DNA from: Verrucomicrobiia bacterium
GTDB taxonomy: Bacteria; Verrucomicrobiota; Verrucomicrobiia; Chthoniobacterales; Chthoniobacteraceae
Direction of reading: 5' to 3'
Assembly (NCBI GenBank): GCA_040376335.1
Contig: JBEIQV010000001.1
Coordinates: forward strand, 1-39,238
Length of the DNA stretch: 39,238 bases
Shown: piece by piece, positions 34,019-39,238 of the stretch
Position numbering within the stretch: the first letter of the stretch is position 1
Layout of the letters: every line of letters begins with the position of its first letter
Notes under the pieces: generated by a model
Database searches by the model: none
What the model saw: the letters and a program-made list of their open reading frames with translations, nothing else
What the model was told of the DNA's origin: nothing
Made by a program: the position numbers and the translations under genes

Positions 34019-36885
34019 CATACGACCTCAATTCAGAAGGCTTTCTCCTACGCAACAACGGGCAGCCTTTTTCTCAATGGGCGATAGACGCCAAACCCGT
34101 TCTCAGCGCCGCTTGCGCAACTCTTGCGGCACTTGCCGAGGAAAGCAGCTCGGAGCTTCTGCGTGACGGAGATTCAGGCTTTCTCTTGCCCCATGCAGAC
34201 GCTGCCGCATTGCCGGAAGCGGAAGCTCGAGCCCTGGGATTGCCTCAACGGTCGCCGTTCAGTTTGAGCATTCAGCATCGTGGAACGTTGGCGTCGCCGG
34301 ACTTTCGATTTCAACATCAACTCTTCAACGATGGTCGCCCGCTCATCGGGCCAAGGCGAGTCGGCTGCGTCATTCAAACAGGAGCGCAATCATGGCGATT
34401 GAGCTCCGCACATTTTGCCCTGCTCGATGGGATGGATGCGCTCAACGGTGGGCTCATAGGCTCAATGGAAGAGCGGATGCGAGTGTTTGCACGCTTTGAG
34501 CAGTTCCTCTCACAGCAGGCGCGTGATTCAGTAAATGTCAGCGGCTATCTTGCGGCGACGCATGTGGCGGTAGCCGGGGCCTTTTCGCTGCGGCTACGCG
34601 TGAAGGATGGGCGTTTTCGACTTGAACCGGTGCTGCACGCAAGCACGGCGACAGAAACGGACACACCGCCCGAGTTACTCCCGCCAGAGCAGCACAAAGA
34701 GTTCATCCGAACTCACGAAGCCGGGCGAGGGCGCTTTGCGCTCGGCGGCTCGCATTTTCTCGTCATTGAGGAAGACATGCAGCGTGCGCTAGACCTCGTA
34801 GCGGAGGTTCAGAAAAAGGACGACGGACACCAGACGGACTTCCTGCGCAATCCGCGTGCTTTTCTCCGTGCAGAATACGGTGATGCGCTACCGGAGGAAA
34901 CACTGGACGCTCTATTCGTGGAGACCCCTCAGTATTTGTCTGATCGCGTGAAAGGCATTGGGCTTTGGGACCCGCCGATCATTCCATGGGTGAAGTTGCC
35001 TGCGAATTCATGGCTACCACCGGAGGAATCTGGAATCGATTTTGGCGGCGTTCGCGTTGCGGTGCCGACTGCGCAGACAGACGAGATTATTCAGCGAGTG
35101 GAGCAGGCAATCGCGAGTGGAGATCCGGAGGTTGAAATCGGCGGGCAGATGGTTCCGGCAACTCAAGCGACGCTCGCGGCTTTGGAAAAAGTGAAATCGC
35201 TGGGTCAAACACCGAGAGAGCAAATCGAGCGCGAACAAAGCGCTACCACTGATCGCACCGTGCTTTTGATCGAGCGCGACTTTGATGATGCCGGCGCTGC
35301 GACTCGTCGCAGGAGCCGTGAGAGTGCGACCGATTTGTGGCTCCCTGTCGGCTTGCGGAGCACTTTAAAGCCACATCAGGAAACCGGCCTTCGCTGGCTG
35401 CAAACAACATGGCGCGAAGGCCGAAGCGGTGTGCTGCTTGCGGACGACATGGGCCTTGGCAAGACCCTACAATGCCTCGCTTTCCTCGTCTGGCTGCGGC
35501 ACGCACGGCCCGAGCGTGCGACGAATGAAGGCGGCTTCCTCATCGTCGCGCCAACGGGCTTGTTGCGAAACTGGGAGCAGGAATTCACGCAGCATCTTGA
35601 TGAAGCGGGACGCCGTTTGCTCGGCCCGCCACTCCGAGCTTACGGAAGTGACCTTGCACGGCTGCGAGTCGGTGCGGGCAATGACATCGTGCGCGGTGGC
35701 GTCTCGCTACGGACAGACGAAATCGCAAGTGCCGGATGGGTGCTGACGACCTACGAGACGCTGCGAGATTACCATCACAGCCTGGGGACGATTCGCTGGC
35801 AGGTGCTCGCCTTTGACGAAGCGCAGAAAATCAAGACACCCGGCACGCTCGTGAACGAAGCCGCGAAGGCGATGAACGCAGACTTCTCTCTAGCGCTGAC
35901 CGGCACGCCGGTAGAGAACCGCTACGCTGATCTGTGGAGTATCGTGAACACCGTAGACCGAACCGCACTCAGCGCTATCGGCGGAGGCTCCCTCTTTGAA
36001 TTCAGTGCGAAATTTGAGGCAGAGCCGGAAGATTCCGCGCTCCGCGAACTTCGCAACCATCTCACAGAACCAGCAGCCAGCGCGCTCATGCTGCGGCGGA
36101 TGAAACACGACATCCTCGAAGGACTGCCGCCCAAGACAGAACACAAAGCTCCTGCCGATATGCCGCCAGACCAAGCGCGACTTTACGCGGAAGCGGTGAA
36201 TCGAGCCCGCAGCATCCGCGAGCGCGGGATGATGCTCAAAGCCTTGCAAGAGTTCCGCGCAATCTCCCTGCATCCGTGGTTGATGAATGCGGAGGAACCG
36301 CCGGACATTTCTGCCCTCGCCGCGTGCTCTGCGCGAGTTGCGGAATGCTTTCGCGCCCTGCACCACATCCGCGCTCGGGGAGAAAAGGCACTCGTGTTTG
36401 TGGACTCACGGCGGATGCAAAAGTGGCTGCGCATCGTGATGCCATCGGAATTTGGCCTCGCTGAACCTCCCTCGTGCATCACCGGTGAAGTCCCCGGCGC
36501 ACGGCGTCAGGCTATAGTAAACGCCTTCCAAACCTTACCGGCCGGATTCGCGGTAATCCTTCTCTCGCCCCGTGCTGCTGGAGTCGGTCTCACCCTCACA
36601 GCGGCGAATCACGTCATCCACCTCGACCGTTGGTGGAATCCCGCCGTGGAAGATCAATGCACCGACCGCGTCTATCGCATCGGCCAAGAGAAGGCCGTGC
36701 AAGTCTGCCTCCCAATTGCACGCCACCCCGACCCACACCTCGCTGACATCTCTTTCGACCTCACGCTCGACCGCCTCATGCAGCGCAAGCGCACTCGCAG
36801 TCGCGACTTGCTCAATCCACCCGTGGAGACGGCGCAAGATACCGATGAGCTTTTCCGCAGTATTTGCGGACAATTGCCGAGCTAG
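34015..36885 (+). CDS. zorD: ZorD-like SNF2-family helicase
   Basis: 956 aa. About 440 aa of N-terminal region with no recognised domain. SNF2 motifs follow: LKPHQETGLRWL, LLADDMGLGKTLQ (motif I), VLAFDEAQKIK (motif II) and LALTGTPVENR (III). The helicase-C region reads LLSPRAAGVGLTLTAANHVIHLDRWWNPAVEDQCTDRVYRIGQ. Confidence 0.82.
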   Translation: MTYDLNSEGFLLRNNGQPFSQWAIDAKPVLSAACATLAALAEESSSELLRDGDSGFLLPHADAAALPEAEARALGLPQRSPFSLSIQHRGTLASPDFRFQHQLFNDGRPLIGPRRVGCVIQTGAQSWRLSSAHFALLDGMDALNGGLIGSMEERMRVFARFEQFLSQQARDSVNVSGYLAATHVAVAGAFSLRLRVKDGRFRLEPVLHASTATETDTPPELLPPEQHKEFIRTHEAGRGRFALGGSHFLVIEEDMQRALDLVAEVQKKDDGHQTDFLRNPRAFLRAEYGDALPEETLDALFVETPQYLSDRVKGIGLWDPPIIPWVKLPANSWLPPEESGIDFGGVRVAVPTAQTDEIIQRVEQAIASGDPEVEIGGQMVPATQATLAALEKVKSLGQTPREQIEREQSATTDRTVLLIERDFDDAGAATRRRSRESATDLWLPVGLRSTLKPHQETGLRWLQTTWREGRSGVLLADDMGLGKTLQCLAFLVWLRHARPERATNEGGFLIVAPTGLLRNWEQEFTQHLDEAGRRLLGPPLRAYGSDLARLRVGAGNDIVRGGVSLRTDEIASAGWVLTTYETLRDYHHSLGTIRWQVLAFDEAQKIKTPGTLVNEAAKAMNADFSLALTGTPVENRYADLWSIVNTVDRTALSAIGGGSLFEFSAKFEAEPEDSALRELRNHLTEPAASALMLRRMKHDILEGLPPKTEHKAPADMPPDQARLYAEAVNRARSIRERGMMLKALQEFRAISLHPWLMNAEEPPDISALAACSARVAECFRALHHIRARGEKALVFVDSRRMQKWLRIVMPSEFGLAEPPSCITGEVPGARRQAIVNAFQTLPAGFAVILLSPRAAGVGLTLTAANHVIHLDRWWNPAVEDQCTDRVYRIGQEKAVQVCLPIARHPDPHLADISFDLTLDRLMQRKRTRSRDLLNPPVETAQDTDELFRSICGQLPS

Positions 36886-38663
36886 ACCGTGCTCAGCACG
36901 CGGGGCTCGGGAGATTTTTCCAGTGCGGTTTCGTTGGCCGCGATACCGAGGAGGTTTTTGGCTTCGAATTCCTTGCACCAGCCTTTGATTTCCGTGTCGT
37001 TAAAAATTTTTCCGAGCACGCGGCGGAGCAATCCTTTCAAAGAAGGATTTTCCAGTTCACGGAGGCTTTGAATGGATTGTTCTTTGTAGCGTTCGAGGAG
37101 GTCGGTGCAGCGCTCCACTGCGCCGAGATCGCGATAGAGTTGCTCGACTTCGGCAATGCCCGCAGTGCTCGTGCGCGACCACAATGCGCTGGTGATTTTT
37201 CGATGCTCGCACTCGGCGCGTTCGTGTGCGGTGGCGAGGAGCAGGCTGGGGCGGAGGCCGGCGATATCGCTGGTGTCGGCGGTCTGGCCGAGGTCGGCGA
37301 GGTCGTCGCGGATTTGGTAGGCGATTCCGAGTGCTTCGCTATAGGCGTGCAGCACGTCGCGCACGGTGTCGTGTGTTTCGACGCCCGCAAACAGCGCGCC
37401 GATGCGCAGCGCGACCTCGAAAGCGGGAGCGGTTTTCTTTTTGAAAATATCGAGCACTTGTAGGCTCGTGAGCACATCGGGCTGGCGTGCCCAGACGAGT
37501 TCCGCACCCTGACCACGGCTGAGTTCGCGCTGGCCTTCGGCGGCGACGAGGAGCATTGCGGCGCGTTGTTCGGCGGAAATTTCGCACGCGCTCAGTAGGC
37601 GGTAGCCTTCGCCGATGAGCAGGTCGCCGATGTTCAATGCGACGGGGACGCCGTGTTCTTCGTGCAGCGTTTTTTCGCCGTAGCGCGTGGCGTCGCCATC
37701 TTCGATGTCGTCGTGAATGAGCGAGGCTTTGTGGAAGCACTCGACGGCGATGGCGGCGCGCTTGAGGTCGTCGGGTAATGTGGCGTTTGGACCCGCGAGT
37801 GCGCGCCATGCGGCGACGGCGAGGAAGGGCCGCCAGCGTTTACCCGCACGGGTGAGCCACTCGCGCGCGATGCGTTCTGTTTCGCCCTCGGCGGGGCCGA
37901 TGAGCGCGGTGAGTGATTCGCTGGAAAACCACGAGTCCACTTCGCTGCGGAGCGTGCCGAGATCGAGGCGGCGCGTGGAATCGTCGGCGGTGAGGTGGAT
38001 GTAGTCCCACACCCAGTCGAGATCCACGGTCGTATCAATGCAGTCGTCTTGCAGCAGCGGCACGGCGACGCCGGGAATGGCGGCGGCCTCCATGTAGGGG
38101 AAGCTGCGCTCCAGCACGCTGAGGCACGAAATGCCGACGATGGCCTCGATTTGCCCTGTCTGGATGAGCGACATCACGATGGCGCTACCCTCGGCGACGA
38201 GCACCGCGTAGCCGAGGCGCTCGGCTTCGTTTTGGAGATCCTGAATCGAGCACTGGCCGCATTGTTTGCACAGCAGGCCGAACTCATCGAACGGCGCGGG
38301 GCATTTGCTTTCGAGGCGCAGGCATTTCGGCATGAGCAGCAGCCGGCGCTCGAACGGCACGGCGGCGAGTTGCTCGCGCCACAGCTCGTTGTTGATCAAA
38401 ACACCCACGTAGTCGCGGTAGATGGCCGCGCAGCCGATGCGCTGGACGAGGCGATCTGCGTGCTCGCCGAGTTCCGCGAGCGGGACGGGTGGCGTGGGGC
38501 AAAACTCCGCGACGTAATTCCGCACCGCGTGCAAAATCGCTGTGCGTTCCTCGATGGTCTGCGGGATGTTTTTCTTCGGCTGACGAAAACGCGGCGGAGC
38601 CACCGGCTTCGGGAGCGAAAGTGAAATGGGCGGCACTGGCTGGCGCTGCGATTCAGTGGACAT
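36882..38663 (-). CDS. DUF116-like Cys-rich domain fused to a polyprenyl synthetase domain
   Basis: N-terminal half: LLLMPKCLRLESKCPAPFDEFGLLCKQCGQCSIQDLQNEAERLGYAVLVAEGSAIV...GISCLSVL (DUF116-like). C-terminal half: GKRWRP, ASLIHDDIEDGDATRYG (first DDxxD) and AYQIRDDLADL (second DDxxD). The ATG at 38663 is preferred, because the track start at 38777 is a TTG only 3 nt from the upstream stop. Confidence 0.8.
   Translation of the reverse strand: MSTESQRQPVPPISLSLPKPVAPPRFRQPKKNIPQTIEERTAILHAVRNYVAEFCPTPPVPLAELGEHADRLVQRIGCAAIYRDYVGVLINNELWREQLAAVPFERRLLLMPKCLRLESKCPAPFDEFGLLCKQCGQCSIQDLQNEAERLGYAVLVAEGSAIVMSLIQTGQIEAIVGISCLSVLERSFPYMEAAAIPGVAVPLLQDDCIDTTVDLDWVWDYIHLTADDSTRRLDLGTLRSEVDSWFSSESLTALIGPAEGETERIAREWLTRAGKRWRPFLAVAAWRALAGPNATLPDDLKRAAIAVECFHKASLIHDDIEDGDATRYGEKTLHEEHGVPVALNIGDLLIGEGYRLLSACEISAEQRAAMLLVAAEGQRELSRGQGAELVWARQPDVLTSLQVLDIFKKKTAPAFEVALRIGALFAGVETHDTVRDVLHAYSEALGIAYQIRDDLADLGQTADTSDIAGLRPSLLLATAHERAECEHRKITSALWSRTSTAGIAEVEQLYRDLGAVERCTDLLERYKEQSIQSLRELENPSLKGLLRRVLGKIFNDTEIKGWCKEFEAKNLLGIAANETALEKSPEPRVLSTV
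36883..37095. repeat. Right copy of the 213-bp direct repeat (functional 3' end of the fusion gene)
   Basis: See the left copy. This copy is contiguous with the intact ORF 36882-38663. Confidence 0.9.
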
Positions 38664-38780
38664 TGGTGAGGACGTTAGCGGCTGTGTGCGACAATCCGCA
38701 AGGGCGGAGGTTTCTTTGCGCGGGAGCGCAAAGAATCTGTTTGTCCCATCCGTCGAGCGCTGCGGCGCATAAGCCAACCG

Positions 38781-39238
38781 TTATGCGAGAATGGATTTCA
38801 CGAGCATGCCGTGCACGTCGGTGAGCCGGAAGTAGCGGCCTTGGAATTTGTAGATGAGCTTTTCGTGATCGATGCCCATGAGGTGCAGCATCGTCGCGTG
38901 GAGGTCGTGGACGTGGACGCCGCCTTCGACGATGTTGTAGCCGTAGTCGTCGGTTGCGCCGATAACGGCGCCGGGCTTCACTCCTCCGCCCGCCAGCCAG
39001 ATGCTGAAGCAGCGTGGGTGATGGTCGCGCCCGTAGTTGTTGCCGCTCATTTTGCCCTGACAGTAAGCGGTGCGTCCGAATTCTCCGCCCCAGACGACGA
39101 GCGTGTCGTCGAGAAGGCCGCGACGTTTGAGGTCGGTGATGAGCGCGGCAGAGGCCTGATCGGTTTGTTTGCACTGGCGGGTGATTCCGCCGACGACATC
39201 GCCGTGCTGGTCCCAGCCTTGGTGGAAGAGCTGGATGA
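38781..39238 (-). CDS. DUF1501 domain protein (sulfatase-like), 5'-truncated by the window edge
   Basis: The frame stays open to the window end. Translation: [14 protein letters not shown]...[44 protein letters not shown]...[17 protein letters not shown], the classic DUF1501 C-terminus. Confidence 0.88.
   Translation of the reverse strand, partial: IQLFHQGWDQHGDVVGGITRQCKQTDQASAALITDLKRRGLLDDTLVVWGGEFGRTAYCQGKMSGNNYGRDHHPRCFSIWLAGGGVKPGAVIGATDDYGYNIVEGGVHVHDLHATMLHLMGIDHEKLIYKFQGRYFRLTDVHGMLVKSILA

Larger units (their letters stand above)
29578..37095. mobile_element. Repeat-bounded defence islet (zorABCD) inserted at the 3' end of a polyprenyl-synthase fusion gene; no recombinase
   Basis: The 213-bp direct repeats at both ends are duplicated gene 3' ends. 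The interior holds only the four zor-like genes plus a 45-bp junction. Confidence 0.55.

Noticed and set aside
29578-37095. Compositional (GC) deviation of the zor islet as evidence of horizontal transfer
   Set aside because: By eye the islet looks similar in GC to its flanks, and I cannot compute GC or codon statistics reliably here, so no claim is made.
36864-38624. Plus-strand ORFs 36864-37463 and 37995-38624
   Set aside because: They are antisense to the DUF116-polyprenyl synthase gene, which has both DDxxD motifs.
38664-38777. TTG-initiated 38-codon extension of the fusion gene
   Set aside because: The start would lie 3 nt from the DUF1501 stop and uses TTG. The ATG at 38663 is more plausible, though not proven.
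1-39238. Search for tRNA, rRNA, CRISPR arrays, IS elements and integrases
   Set aside because: No cloverleaf-like segments, regularly spaced repeats, terminal inverted repeats or recombinase motifs were seen. In particular, the islet is not next to a tRNA.

Overview
This is a 39.2-kb chromosomal window, moderately GC-rich by eye. The gene content looks like the PVC superphylum, most likely Verrucomicrobiota or Planctomycetota. Supporting features are a DUF1501 protein, a prepilin-type 'type II secretion' protein, a giant exoprotein with an N-terminal LESRIAPA motif, and PPC-domain exoproteins. Most of the window is densely packed housekeeping. It carries ispB-like polyprenyl synthase, radC, lpxA, CbiX, an amidohydrolase, a D-Ala-D-Ala carboxypeptidase, an NtrC-type regulator and mannose-6-P isomerase. 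It also carries yggS, a LysR regulator, MTA phosphorylase, folP, a HisJ-type PHP phosphatase and a GT4/GH130-like pair. No rRNA, tRNA, CRISPR array, transposase or integrase was recognised. The standout is a 7.1-kb four-gene operon at 29836-36885. Its order is a MotA-like channel with a long helical tail, a MotB/OmpA-like protein, a protein of unknown fold, and an SNF2 helicase. All four genes are joined by 4-nt start/stop overlaps. I read this as a Zorya type I-like (zorABCD) anti-phage system. The operon sits between two 213-bp direct repeats that are 92% identical with no indels by hand alignment. Both repeats encode the last 70 codons of the adjacent DUF116-polyprenyl-synthase fusion gene, and they differ almost only at synonymous sites. 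That pattern marks an inserted islet that carried a replacement 3' end for its target gene, yet no recombinase gene lies inside it. Secondary observations include a -1 frameshift at a T5 run in the GH130-like gene. A 1426-aa glycine-repeat/FG-GAP exoprotein is also present. An array of RATGACG heptamers forms a hairpin directly upstream of lpxA. There is also a CHASE2 sensor with no output domain. All functional calls rest on motif recognition by eye and no database search was run.
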